DNA of 54,065 nt, filler included, from Perkinsus olseni (taxonomy: Eukaryota), in the NCBI GenBank assembly GCA_013115125.1. It is 2 parts of 2 records of this genome, joined end to end, with 100 filler letters (N's around TTAATTAATTAA, not from the genome) between each part and the next. Parts side by side here need not be neighbours in the genome. Positions count along the whole stretch, not along the records: positions 1 to 26,988 come from JABANN010000475.1; positions 27,089 to 54,065 come from JABANN010000476.1. One strand, 5' to 3'. Of the stretch, positions 23,274 to 35,960 are shown piece by piece. How positions within the stretch are numbered: position 1 is the first letter of the stretch; each line of letters opens with the position of its first letter. A program made the translations under genes and the position numbers. A model generated the notes under the pieces. The model searched no databases. It had not been told where the DNA came from and saw only the letters and a program-made list of their open reading frames with translations.

Positions 23274-26200
23274 ATGTCATCGACAAGTGAACCCAAGGAA
23301 ACCGCCACTGTGGACTTCCCTCATCTGGTCTCGGTCTGCGTAACTGCCGCTCAGGGTGCTGCGGGAATCATACAGGACGTTTACGACAAAGGGTCGTTGG
23401 GATTGGTTGAGAAAGGTAATTACGGGCCTGTTGGGCTCCTGCCATAGCGTCCCTTCTCCGCGCCCAGTGCTGTTCACCAAACGATAAGATCCTGTCATGA
23501 GCAGCAATAATGGACTTAGTCGCGTGTGTTGATTACTCGAGGGCAGAGAGATTATCGTACACAGCTAAGCTTTGAGAGGTGCGTCACAACCCATCCGAAG
23601 CGGATGCAGGAGCGGAAGTATCGAATTATCGGGCGGAGTAGGGTCGCTTTGAGGCCGTTTCCGCTGGAGAGGCGAGAGCCTGCGCGGTGATTTTTCAATT
23701 TTGTAATGCCAACTTGAGATTATCTTGGGTATCGGGTGAAGAGTGGATCCAACCTTGCCGGGCGTCGAGGTCAATCTTGCATAAGAATTTGTCTTCGTGA
23801 AACCGGCACTTGAATGGATAGTCATCGGAGACGCTTAGCTCCGGCTTCACTCGCATCGTTTCTAGGGTGTACGAGAGGATAACGGATGACGGGATACGCC
23901 TTAGTAGGGCAATGCCCCTCCCTTGGGAAGTGGCCCACTCGACAAGTGGCGGAGCCTTTCGGCGTTGAGTTGTTGGGTACTCAGGTAATGGTGTTGATGC
24001 CTTCACCGGGAGGCCGATGGATGATCCGCAAACCGAGGCCGACAGAAGGGCTGAGGCCTTCATCATGTCCATCCTCAAATCACAGGTTGCCTCTGTTCGC
24101 CGATGGAACTGCCGTTCACGTGTCTGGCTAGGTGCCCAATCTCGATCCGATGACTATAATTGGCGAGGAGAGCGAGGAAGGGGAGACTGAGGCGAGCAAA
24201 TCGGAGGCTGTGGGGGCTGTCCGAGCTTCGCGAGGGAGTCCTGTGTTTTCGGAATCAGTGCTGAGTGCCTGGCCGGATGACCTCGGTAGGAGTGGGGATG
24301 GTTTTTTATAGAAGGAGCGATGGTTGAAAAATCTGGCGAAACGGGCGTGACAAGCAACTGTTTGCGTTCAATTTTGGGGAATTTGCCTGCTGTTCCTAGG
24401 AGGAATGAATATCCTACCCGGTTGCGCCGTGTTTGCGTATCTTCCGTGAGGTCATCCTCGGGATGGCTCGGGAGAAAAAATAGAATGCCCTCACGGGGTT
24501 CGTAGTTTTCTTTCGGGATTCAAACAAATGCTGACTTCCAGTGGTTTGAGGTTGGGTGAGGGAGTTGCTTCTCTCAGAGTCCGTACCGGCCTCGTCGTTG
24601 GCACTGTGGGTGGACCCCTTGGACGGCACCTCTGAATTCACCAGAGGCAACCTTGGCAGCGTCACAACACTCATAGGTGATGAGCTCGTAATCTACTGGT
24701 CTCAACAACGTCGGTCTGTCAGGAATCAGCGTTAATGGCAGAGCTACAGCTGGTGTGATAGTCCGACTGGTCGATCGAGAGACTCTCGTTGGCGTTGTGG
24801 GCGTTGGTGTCTTCCGAACGAGTCCAGGGGGAGCCATGGAAGCTCTGAGCGGGCCTGATCGTGTCAAGTCTGACATAGAGGATGGTCTTGATATATGCAC
24901 CACCAGGTGAGCTGCTCGGGGGGTATCTTGGGTTGATGGTGGTGTTTCTCAGAACAAAGTCAGCTCCTGTTGTTGTGGCAGCTTTCGAGAATCTCGGACC
25001 GAAGACCCGCACTCTCAAACACGGAGGTGCCGGCAGGAAGTTCCTTGACGTCCTCACGGGCGTGGCTGATGCGTGAGTTCGATTTCGACGCTGAATGAAT
25101 GCTGGCCTGTCGGAACCGTCTTACGAATATTTGCGGACCGTGAGTCGACTGAGAGTCCGCACTTTCCGCGAAGAAGCCGATCGGAGTCGGGGATGAGCGG
25201 AGCTACTCGGATTCACTTCTGGGAGTGTCCCTGGGATTCAGTTGTTCGGCCATCGCCTTCCACTCTCGTACGCGGGTAAACGGTCTAATCGCAACACCCG
25301 GTAGAGTGAAACTAAGATTAAGACTCCCTGCGCCAAGCTCGGGCCCTCCCTCAACGCACCCAGCAATCCACAGTGAGCTGCCCTAGAAAGATCAGAAAGC
25401 CCCACGAAGCAGTTGTGACTGTAAAGTGTGTAACAGACAGAACCACGCGAGAATGAGGCCACCGCGCCACATGCGAAAGTCATGAGGTCATCGTACCACG
25501 CGGCGGTAGCAAAGATTTGAGGCAGCACTCGGTACTTCGCCCATCGCTTTGTCGATTGCTCGACCGCTGTTATCACCCCGCTTGGCATAGTGGCCTCATT
25601 TTCTCATGTTGTGTTGTTCCGCCACAGACTGTGCTTGATATCTCACTCCTAGTCACTGGTTTTGCTGGGACTCCCTCAGCTTCGTTCTGAAGCTGGAGTT
25701 ATCCTTAGATTTTAGTTGGCGTACTCTTGTGACTGTCTCCCTGCGTACTTGTTAACTAAGTTGGGATTACGCTCATTTTAATCGATATTGCTGAGCTTGG
25801 ATTACAAGGACTTTCGGGTCTCGTACTTCCTCTGCTGAGTTACTCTGTGGGTTAATTCCCTCGGGACTTGACTGCTGCAACCTCCCACTCCATCTTGTTT
25901 CCTCGGGCACGAGAACTCCCATCACCGAGTGATCACCACTCCCGTTTCAGTTGATGAGGTGTATTGCGGTGGACAACCCGTGTACTGTCGGAGGCTTGTC
26001 ACAGTAGGAATCAGCTCAACCTTAATCCGAGCTGACCTACGACCTTCACTCGCCTGGGTTCTCAAGTGACTCGGGAAGTATTCACGCGAAGACTCTCACA
26101 AGTTGTGAGAGTCTTCGCGTGAATACTTCCCGACTAGGTCACAACCTAGTCGGAACTCGCTCGCCCTACAGTTTCATCTCTTCACGAGGGAGTAATAGCG

Positions 26201-26695
26201 CAGTGACGCGATCATCCGTGTCAGTTTTCAACCTAGGTCAACGAGAATGCCTTTCATTGTAGCTTGAAAATCAGGTACCTTTATCCGAGGCCTGGTACTA
26301 AAAGATGGGATAGCTGTGCAGGTTGGTCGCCGCCATTTTATCCGATGCGTTCTCTGAAGCTATCACTTCGCTAGGCGAGGCTCTCCTGACGACTCTTGGC
26401 GGAAACGTCAGTGATGCAATTGGCGACCCGATAGAGTACAACCTCTACCGCAAGTCAACCGATAGACTCACCAATGGTGCAGACCCTGAACATCCGTATT
26501 TGAACGGTTACGGTCTGGTGGCAAGCATAAGGGGGTGAGTTTACTGCGTGCCCTTCGCCTGGTTCTGAGTTAAGTCATTCCCTCAGGCCCCATTTCCACT
26601 ATAAGGTTTTGCTTCCTGCCGTTTACAAAGCGGTGGCCGAACATGCACCCCAATTCCCGTTGTCGGATGATCGGAGACCCAATGCTGCTTGCTAA
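23274..26695 (+). CDS. Inositol monophosphatase superfamily, 3'(2'),5'-bisphosphate nucleotidase (BPNT1-like), multi-exon
   Basis: Exons encode AAQGAAGIIQDVYDKGSLGLVEK, DDPQTEADRRAE, IIGEE, LWVDPLDGTSEFTRG (~24606-24650), GGAGRKFLDVLTGVADA, YLYPRPGTKRWDSCA/GEALLTTLGGNVSD and NGYGLVAS; TAA at 26693-26695. Confidence 0.9.
26071..26153. repeat. Perfect 63-bp palindrome plus overlapping 10-bp hairpin, inside a long intron
   Basis: tcgggaagtattcacgcgaagactctcacaa-g-ttgtgagagtcttcgcgtgaatacttcccga (26071-26133), then ccgactaggt-caca-acctagtcgg. Confidence 0.95.
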
Positions 26696-26988
26696 GTGTT
26701 TAGACCCGTATATAGCCCGTCTATTTTCCGTTGTGCTCGGCTCGCGTTACTTATATAGTATGACAGTAGGGGCTGGAGAGTCGGAGAGAATAAAGACTCA
26801 CGAGTGTGAGTTTATCGAATCATCGTCCTCATTTCCTAATGTCGGGCTCTGATTCCCCAACGGATACTGAGTTGTTACTGGGGAGGCCCGTTTTCGAGCT
26901 CTAAGACGCTGCCCTGGGGCCTATTCAAGTGCCCCTCTTCCCGAGTCCGAGGAGTCGGAAGGGCGTCCCTTCCGAACTCGGGATAGAA

Positions 26989-27088
26989 NNNNNNNNNNNN
27001 NNNNNNNNNNNNNNNNNNNNNNNNNNNNNNNNTTAATTAATTAANNNNNNNNNNNNNNNNNNNNNNNNNNNNNNNNNNNNNNNNNNNN
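26989..27088. other. Assembly gap / artificial contig linker
   Basis: 44 N + TTAATTAATTAA (stops in all six frames) + 44 N = 100 nt. Confidence 0.97.

Positions 27089-27158
<70 letters not shown>
27089..27158. repeat. (AAC)n microsatellite at contig start
   Basis: ~23 uninterrupted AAC units directly after the gap. Confidence 0.97.
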
Positions 27159-27377
27159 GTCGTTTGAAGTAAGTACATGACCCTCGAGGCTTTAATCGAG
27201 CCCGCTCACCTTTAATGAGCCGGCCTTCGGAGCCCAGTCAGTGTCCGGGGACCTCAATACGTCCTCTCGCAATTCATCCGGTAATTCCTGAGCAACACTC
27301 GGTCCTGTTCATAAGAGAAGCGGGCCAATCGCCTTAGTCTGACGTCAGCTTCACGAGTACCGTAATTCGACCGAAAC

Positions 27378-28745
27378 TCACCGAGATAACCCCTCTCGCT
27401 GCGGCTTCCACCTCGACAACTATACGAGCATGGGGGGCCTGAGAATAGTATCAGTGGGGTCTCGAAGCCTCCGAGGACAGCAATGTGCGGCAGGCACCTT
27501 TGGGGGGTGAGAACAAAGCATCTTCGTTATATATCTTTCCGCTCGCTGCTCCTGCTGAAGCAGCTGGGACTGGCGCCGTTTCGCGAACATCTGGGACCGT
27601 GGTCTCAACTTTTCGAGCGTTCCCATTTCCATTCTCCTAGTGATGCCAGCTCCCAGTAGACCGGCGTAGAGCATGCCATAGGTCGCTGAGGGGGCTTCGG
27701 ATTGCATGATTCGATACTTGGAAATATTTCCAGCACGTTCGGGCCAGCTAGGAAAGGCTAGTTCGAATTCACTGAGGAGATAAACAAGGTGAAGATGAGT
27801 ACCGTCATTTGTCCCAAGCCCCGATGGCGAACCTAGGCGGTGGCAACCACGGTGTTTGAAGGGGAGTGGCGACTTTATCGAGCAAACACCGGGGGAGCTC
27901 AATCGCCAGCTACAATGGAAGAGAGAAGGCTTTTCCTGGAAGTGGCGGACGTATGAAATGCCTCGACACCGTTTTGCAGACGACCGATTAAACACCTCCC
28001 CCTCAACAGCTCTTACGTGATGCCATCCGGGTATACATAAGTCTTCTTCCCACACTCAAGCTCCACTAACGTGAGAGCTTCCGCCGGAACGGGATCTCGG
28101 AAGCGGGCGGATTCGTCCCTGCCCTCCAGATAGCCGTATACCTGCATGGTCTACCACAGCCGCAGAACAGCGAACAGCTGAAGGATACTACTACCTGCAC
28201 CACGCTGGGTTCAGGAGCCCCATTGTAAAGGTTGTCCAGTGTTTCTTTCATTTCGGGACTTGACTGAAAACAGAGCTCCGTAAAGATGGGTCGAATCTAG
28301 GAGGATAGACGGAGTGGGAGTGGCGAGCACATCACCTTGAGGACGTTCTCCTGGCCATCTACGAGAAGGCTGCTGAATTGGAGGGCCCCAGAAGCGGCAT
28401 CCTGTATATTGACAGTAGCACCCTGAAAGACAGTCGACACCAAGCAGTTGACGATAGCGAGACTGATGAATTATAGAGAGATAGAGGGAGTTTGGCGAGG
28501 AGGCGGCGAGGAGGAGGGCTGCGACTGTGCCAAGGGGTGGCGATGAAATGAGCTCACCAGGGAGGTGTCATGGCGCGCATCATTTTGCCGCTGTACCATC
28601 TGAGAGGACACGACGTTGTATCAGCCACGATGACTGCTCTATCTCCTCCCACCTCCTTAGCCGTCCTCATCCCCTTCACGACGGTACCGTAGTCGAAGAC
28701 GGTTAAGGCGAGGAATAAATTGGTGAACGTGTGGTATCCAATCAT
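27378..28745 (-). CDS. Tandem-array family member 5 (leader + domain A only; B domain not seen before contig end)
   Basis: MIGYHTFTNLFLALTVFDYGTVVKGMRTAKE; LDNLYNGAPEPSVV; LTLVELECGKKTYVYPDGI; EFELAFPSWP...KYRI...MLYAGLLGA...YITKMLC. 3' end approximate. Confidence 0.6.
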
Positions 28746-29000
28746 TCTTAGTGATTGTGAGCAATTGAACTGAGAATCTGGGAAAGGTCAGGAGTCCCTC
28801 TGCGAGTTATGTGAAACACCTCATATCAGCACGTGGAGAACCTACAAACAGGACCCACTACCCCAGCAGTGGACATACTCTGCTCGAAGTCGTCCAAAGC
28901 CTAACGAGAATCGAGGGAGGCTTGGTGTACCGCGGATGTCCAGGGCGAAGAGAAGGAACTCTGCACCGAGAAGGAGTAAGACACATCGTAACAGCAAACA

Positions 29001-30754
29001 TCATGTTAGGAATTTCATGGACGACTCCTCATTGCTTGCCAAGCGGTCACAGAAGTACTTAACGAAGACTGTATTAGCATTCGAAGTGTCACCACTATTC
29101 CGACCATTGCTGCTGCTGCTGCTGGTGGTGATACCATCGTACAGCCAATCGAGGAAGGCTTCCACTGTGTCTGCCTTAGCATGGCGGTAACTGATGCATG
29201 TCACGCGGTCGAGGCTCTTGTACTGTGGCAGTTGTATTGGTATATAACTGAAGTAGAAGAAGAAGGAGGATAATACACGTGGATGGTTGACAAGGGCTTA
29301 CTCTAGCACAGCCACTGTCTTCTCCCCTCCGCAGGAGAATGAGCATATCGCGAGCCTGCCATCTCCTTCGAGACAGAAGGTGACACTATTGTACTGGGGC
29401 ATCCAGGTCCTCGGCACTATCACTGTTGAGATGACCTTGAAGCTCTTTCCATAGGGACGATTAGCAGGAGCATGGTGTATCTAAGCATACCATCAATCAA
29501 CTTCCAGTCTGCGTGGAACAGAGACTTTCACTCACCCCTAGGGCAGGGACGTATTTCTTGGTACTTGGTCTCGGGAAGGCCTGGGGAATATAAAACATGA
29601 GGAGGAGTAAGAACCAAAAGGCAGCAGCAATTACGGAACTCCTGCTCAGTTGAACGCAAGATTGCAGCACCCAGCGAGTTCTCACCAGGACCGTCGCATC
29701 TTCCGCCATCACTGCGGCGCGGTTAATCTTCTTCGCCACGACGATCGTTGGCAGGCTCTGAAGGACAAGACACATCCCTCACTGTACAGTGATTATAAAG
29801 GCCGTACCGTATATTCATTCCTGTACATTCGGCAGAGTCTGCGGAGGATAAACTCCTGTAGACTGACTACACTATTCCAAGTGCCGCTTTCCTCCTGGAC
29901 TGGCTCTTCCTGGGTGAACTTGAGCGACAGGCCCTCATCATCAACGGCCTTCTCGCCGAGGAGTCCAATGTAGAGGAGGCGTACGGCCGTCGTGAGATCG
30001 CCAGAGCCGTTGGAAAGGCGTATTGAATAACGTGTACCCTTCGCTCGAACAAGGCGCCAATGGGGGAACTTCAGGCGGAAGTTCCTGAGTTAATAACGTA
30101 CTGCTGCGAGTGCCATACAAGCCATAGAGATACTACGGCCTACGTCCAATGGTGAGGGAATATGTAGGCCATTGTCCCTGCTTCTACAGACTTGGACTGC
30201 TTGTCATTCGGGTCGAACGGGCAGACCATCTCCGTCACCGACAGCAAACCGTCCTTCTGGGAGAACTTCACAAGCTGATCCAATGACAGCGTTAATGTAT
30301 CACGCGCCTGAGAAAAAGCGTAGAATACAACAGGAGAGCATTGCCCGCACATAACGACGTGAAGGGCGCTTGTTCGACAGGCCTACCTTGAGGTTCGAAA
30401 CGGAAGGGACGCCCAGGAATAGTGAATCCATCATGGTGCTATTAAGGGCGTCGGCCTGAGGATACAGAATCCACCCCATACTCCAATGGACCTGCTTACT
30501 CTCAGCGATGTTACAGACCAGCCCTTGCGCTCGACCAGGGAAGAATAAGGAGGGACAGCAACCCGACGGGGTACTACTTTCTGAGGGTGAAGCACAACCA
30601 TCATCGGGTATTCAACAGAACCCGACGGCAGGTAAAAATGAGTTGACACAGAGCTCCTTACCGATATGATGGTCGCCTCGCCAAGTGTGGTGCTTCCAGC
30701 ACTGCTGCTGTCGAGGAAACAGACTGTGACGAGGTACAACCTCATCGAGGGCAT
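29001..30754 (-). CDS. Tandem-array family member 4 (domains A+B)
   Basis: Hydrophobic leader MRLYLVTVCFL. A: VKFSQKDGLLSVTEMVCP, NFRLKFPHW...RYSI...RLLYIGLLGE...FILRRLC. B: QLPQYKSL...AFLDWLYDGI...FVKYFC. Could be two genes. Confidence 0.55.
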
Positions 30755-30934
30755 ACGTAGACAGAAGAGCGACGGGAAGAGGCTGGCGAAAGGATTAACG
30801 ATCAACGCAAGCCTAGGCAGCATTGGCGACTCTTCCGTTATAAGAACACCTTAGTGATGGAGGAATGAGAGTCATGATTTAACACATCAGTCAGAAAAAC
30901 AGCACGCCTTCTTTCATGTTACTGCGCCGCATCT

Positions 30935-30969
30935 TCCTCCTCCTCCTCCTCCTCCTCATCCTCATCATC
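30935..30969. repeat. (CCT)/(CAT) simple repeat in the intergenic spacer
   Basis: cttcctcctcctcctcctcctcctcatcctcatcatc. Confidence 0.8.
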
Positions 30970-31043
30970 TAATTCCTTCAACCTAGCGGCTCGTCGCTCC
31001 TCGATGGATATATCCACAAAGCTCCCTCAAAAATAATAAGTCA

Positions 31044-33180
31044 TTAGCAGAGCCTTGTCACGGCTGTCGGCTCCTTGACACGGCCCATCAGTCCGATATA
31101 AAGCCATCTAATAGTGTTGGAGTTCAATCTGCCAGGCGGCACTTCGAACTGTGCTTCTGTAAAGCCCGTTAGGGACTCATAGTCAGGGAAGAGGCAAGGG
31201 AATACTCTGAGAAGAAAGCCACTTCCAGATCGAGCCACGAGTGCGGATTTCACTCAGTTGCTTCAAACTCACTCGGCCGATTTCACGTAGGGACAGGTAC
31301 CATTCTTAACCGTCAGCACATTGTAACGAGGATTCCTAGTGAACACCACCATACTAGTCGAGTCTTTAGAGGTCACCATCAGGCTAGAATCCGATGCCTG
31401 AAAAGCATACAGACATGTTGCCTTCATCCTTACAAAGTGAGAAGGGACGACTTTGGTGAGTAGCCGGGTGGTCTTCTGTCCCTTAGGGGCTCTGATATCC
31501 AAGGTCGAGGGTGCCGGGGCAAACCCAACAGGTTTGTCAAGGATGGACTTGGGCAAGAGATGCGGGACCTGCCATGGACAAAGCCTAGCTATAAGGCTAA
31601 AGAGAGAGTTAATGCTTCCTAGAAGCTCCGTCGTATACGCGGGGAATATCAGTAGCCACGATCCATTAAAGTGCCTACAACTTCCAATGGTCACGGTTGA
31701 AGTCCATCAGCGAGGATATGTACCCCGACGGGGAGCACCAGCATGGTAAGACAATTCCCTCTCTCTTGCGCATTACTACAATCATTCGAGGCAGCATTAG
31801 GATGTAATGAGGAGGTGAGTCGCTGCTGCCCTCGATGAAGGGACAGCGGCTTGTGTAGAGACTCGAGACCATCGTCAAGGGACGCATAAGCTCCGAGCCG
31901 AAATGCAGTTGAATGCGTGATTTGGCCTCACTGTGAAATGAGCACGGCCGTCCCCTAGGTCCTCAGCCTTCACGTGATTTGGTATCTGATGATGGCGGAG
32001 GGGCTGACGTTATCATCTCGGTCGAACCCCACCTTGGAGCCGTCCTTGAACATCTCGCAGAGCTTGCCAAGCATATACTCGTCAATCCAGGATGCAGCAG
32101 CATCGCGCTCCTCGCGGCTCAGAGACCGCTGCCGCTTGTACCGGCGCACATAAGTAGGGTCCTCTATGACAACAGCACTGCCTCCATTCCTCGCCAGGAG
32201 GTCCGCCCCCAGCAGGCCGACGTAGAGAAGCCTCTTCAACTCTGCCATATTCCCACCACCCTTGATTGAGTATTTCTTGCCCGCCCGGCTACTCTTCCAG
32301 TAGGGAAAGGCCAAAGCGAAATTGCTAAAAATACGACCCAACATGCGCGAAGCAAAGGGAGGAGCATGAGAGCTCGGTCCTCCAGGAGCTGCTGTTGCTC
32401 ACCTCGGCCTGTCAATAAATATACGCGATTCACTGGTGATCTCTTCCTCACCGTCGTCGTCAACAATAACGGGGCAGCGATGCCTAGAACTCCACTCTCG
32501 TCGATAGCACGCTTCACCATAGAGTTAGTCGCCTTCATAACAGGAGAGGACTGATGATAAGACTACTATTTTGGGTATGAAGTGCATGCTGCAGATGATG
32601 AGAGGCAGGCACACTATCCCTCTTACCGTAATGGCAGAGGCTGTGGGGACTCCCTTGAACATACCGTCAATCTGTTCTTCACTCAAGGCGTCAGCCTGGA
32701 GAGAAAGGAGAAATTAGCTGAGTGCTCCACTGACTCATATAATGATACAGATGATCTTTACCGAGAAATTAGCTTATGGATCGGTACGCCGCCGGTCATC
32801 TGGAAGCCTCTCCCCGAACACACCTTCAATGTTGACCTGCCCCTCGACTTGAATACGAAGAGATCGTCAAACGTTGGCAGATCCGTCTTGTAGGCCCGCA
32901 AGCTCTAAAATCTTCACGCTGCGCAATATCCACATCTTGAAGTCATGTCTAGTCTACTTCGAAGTGATCTTCTCCTTTCTGCCTTCCGACAAGTACCTAG
33001 GTCAGATTTGCCAGGGCCATCTCAAGAGCTCACAGCCAGCCAGTTACCGCACGATAGGCTCTCCTGCTACCAAGGCCAACCTACTTCTCTCGTCATCCCC
33101 CAAGTTGCCTCGCAGATGAAGGAGTACTGGAGAAGAAAGACAAGGGCGAAGAAGTGGCTGCAATCGATCGTCGGTATCAT
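31044..33180 (-). CDS. Tandem-array family member 3 (domains A+B)
   Basis: Leader-like MIPTIDCSHFFALVFLLQYSF. A: IDGMFKGVPTASAI, NFALAFPYW...KYSI...RLLYVGLLGA...YMLGKLC. B: LLPKSILDKPVGFAPAPSTLD, VVFTRNPRYNVLTVKNGTCP, LFPDYESLTGFT...RWLYIGLMG...TRLC*. Start approximate; may carry frameshifts. Confidence 0.55.
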
Positions 33181-33747
33181 TGACTTGGTGAGAAGAAGAG
33201 GCTGCAGAAAAGGCATCGACCATTGATTAAGCTCCTGAGTATAACTATTCCGCAGCTAATGCGCTGAGAAGGAGTACTAACCTGCCCGCAAAAGCCTGTG
33301 TGGGTGGTAAATAATACCTAGTACACGGCCAAGCTTGAAGGGCATCATCCAGAAAACTCCTATGAGGAGCGGTTTAGTCGGTATAGCTAGAAGAGTGACT
33401 TCTCAGAGATGACAGGATACCAGCAGCTGTTGGCAGGCGTTACAGAGCCATTGAGCACAGCTAAAGTAGAAGAGTAGGGCTAGCAGCTCGATCGTTATCA
33501 TCTACCGATGGACTGCGACATACGCGAGAAACGTCAAGGTTACATCGAGACACTCCGCCATAACGCTCGACAGAAGCAGGGAGGAGCCAATCTATCAAAG
33601 ATGGAATGAGGCCATAGATACTATACCCAGCATAATCCCCAATGGAGATTCCCCATACAACTCGAGTACGGATGAGGGAACAGCACATCAACAACTATTT
33701 ACATGATTCATGAACCTTTCCCTGGTGTTGAGAGAAGCCTATCGGGG

Positions 33748-35960
33748 CTATTCAAGCCCTATGAGGTACTTGCAAAGGATACCGGCAAGTAGTTGGTTAG
33801 CATTGAGGGTCGTCCTCGGCTCATTCTTCTTCCCCTTCATCAGAGAAGTCTTCATATTAACCAAGCCAGTGTATATCCAGCTGATGGCCGCGTTCACATT
33901 GTCGTTGCTATACGAGAACTGAGTGAAGCCAGCGAGGGGGCGGTACTCGGGAAAGCTTCCACTAAAGTACCTACACAAAAGAGCTTAGCATCGCGTCAGC
34001 CGTTCCAGAGCCTACTCATGATAGGTGTCGGGCGGATCTTCTCCCCGGATCGAACCTAGCATACCTCGTTCGCCGCAATTGAGATCGACCATAGTCAACT
34101 TTCCCTCAATCACGGCGAACTGCACAACTGATGCGTTTGGCAAGCCCGTGGAGGAACCGTCCACGGAATACAATCCATCAGAAAAGGCGACCTGCAGCGG
34201 CCACTCAGTCAGAGGAGGGTTGAGGAGTCCTTTCGGAACTTACTTCCAATGTGAAGGGCAGAGGAGCCCAGTCAGGAGACTGCCACACTTCGGGTAAATC
34301 CTGAGAGAGTCAACGGTCTAAGTGGACTTGGTCGTGGGCGAGCTATAATTGGTCAAGCAACGAAGGCCAACCTCACCAGGATAACAGCTCGGGTTTCGTT
34401 CTCTGCTCTCGCTACAATGTGCGTCTGATCCTGAGAACAGCAACCAAATCCTACGCCTAGACTTCCGCACATCACCTCCTTCAACTGATGGGATATTGTA
34501 AAGTGACTTGCTACCTTAGTGATGTGAGAGCAGAGCGTAGTAACTATGTATCGCTCCACTCGGATGGCCTCCTCCCACTGCGACAGACGCCCTTTCTTAT
34601 AGCCTAGCCGCTTGTGCCTCGAATTTCTATTCTCTCTGCTGTTCTTCATCCTTCTAGTAATATCAGCTCCCAGTAGACCAGCGTATAGTATAGAGTAGGC
34701 CGCTGATGGAGCTTTGGACTGCGTAATCCGATACTTGCTGATATCTCCAGCGTGATCGGGCCAACTAGGGAAGGCTAGGTCGAAATCACTAAAAAGCGAA
34801 GGGAAATGAGCTGGAAGGTACTCAAAGGAGGATCTCTTCGAGAACAGGAGGAGGAAGAGGTGAGACATCATAGGCTAGATAAAGGTAGGCTCAAGATCCG
34901 TGGCCCGGGCCGGCTTTGAGTCGGCCCAAGCCACGTTTAAAGCCAACCGTGCCGGGGCCACGCTCAGTTCGTGGCCCAGGCCTCGAATTCGGCTTTTTTG
35001 TCGAAAGGCTTTGACGGCTTTTCGACAACCAGCGCGAACGTCGTCCATTGCCAATCTCCCACCCCGGGTCCAAGGTGGGTAGTCAACCCTTCACGACTTC
35101 TTACATCTTGCCTCCGGCGAATGCATGAACCTCCCCTTCACAATTCATCTCCTGCAATCTGAGAGGCTTGCCCGGTACAGGGTCCTCGAATAGTGCGGCT
35201 TTGTTCGTACCATTGAGGAAGCCGTAAACCTGGCAGCCATGGACTCGCCCAGCAAGACAACTCAGCGACGAGCTGGTGAGGCCCACCTTGCTGGGAAGGA
35301 GGACAGATGGCTTGGGGGCGCTGTCGTAAAGATCGTCCAGGATTACTCTGTTCTCAGGCGTGTACTGAAGAATGTTGAATAGGAAGGCACATGCTGGTTG
35401 CACTACTACCCTCAGTGTGTTTTCTAGACCACCACTAAGGAGGCTGCCGAATAGAGGCTGGGAGGTAACATTGGGAGGAGTTACGAGGCAGGCGCCCTGA
35501 ACACCACGGCTTCACACAGAGGGGCGCGCGCTGTCCTCAATGGATATAACGATGCGTTCCTTGTTGATACATAGGAGGGAGGGAAGCTTGCCGTGTACCA
35601 TCCGTAACCCCACTCACTGGGAATGTCTCATCACCGGCCTGGCCTTGTCGGTGGTGGAGCGTCTGAAACACTGCACGTGTGCAAGCTTTTGATTCAAGGG
35701 CTGCTCGCACGGCGACGATTGAAGGGGAATGACAGCAGCCACACTGTCGGAGGCTGTAGAGGGCAAGTCGAAGGTGCCCGACCTACACTCTTCAAGCCAT
35801 GAGCAGCCACCAAGAGGAAGAGGGTTGTGCTGATGGGGTGTAACATTGAGGGAGAAGAAGGAATACACTCGAATCGAATACCTTCCAGTATCCTTGAAGA
35901 TACCAACGATACCCACAATATGACAACAGCATGAGACTTGGGCGCCGACCGGCACCCGTC
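33748..35960 (-). CDS. Tandem-array family member 2 (domains A+B)
   Basis: Hydrophobic AVVILWVSLVSS near the 5' end (start codon not identified). A: LDDLYDSAPKPSVL, LRLQEMNC, DFDLAFPSWP...KYRI...ILYAGLLGA...YIVTTLC. B: LPEVWQSPDWAPLPFTLE, VQFAVIEGKLTMVDLNC, SFPEYRPLAGFT...SWIYTGLV...GILC. Confidence 0.6.

Noticed and set aside
24414-25057. Minus-strand ORFs with a faint integrase zinc-finger look (LRSEILESCH...)
   Set aside because: They are antisense to clear BPNT1-like exons (DPLDGT, GGAG); no RT or integrase catalytic motifs found.
27033-27044. TTAATTAATTAA palindrome
   Set aside because: Centred in symmetric Ns; a standard six-frame-stop scaffold linker, not biological.
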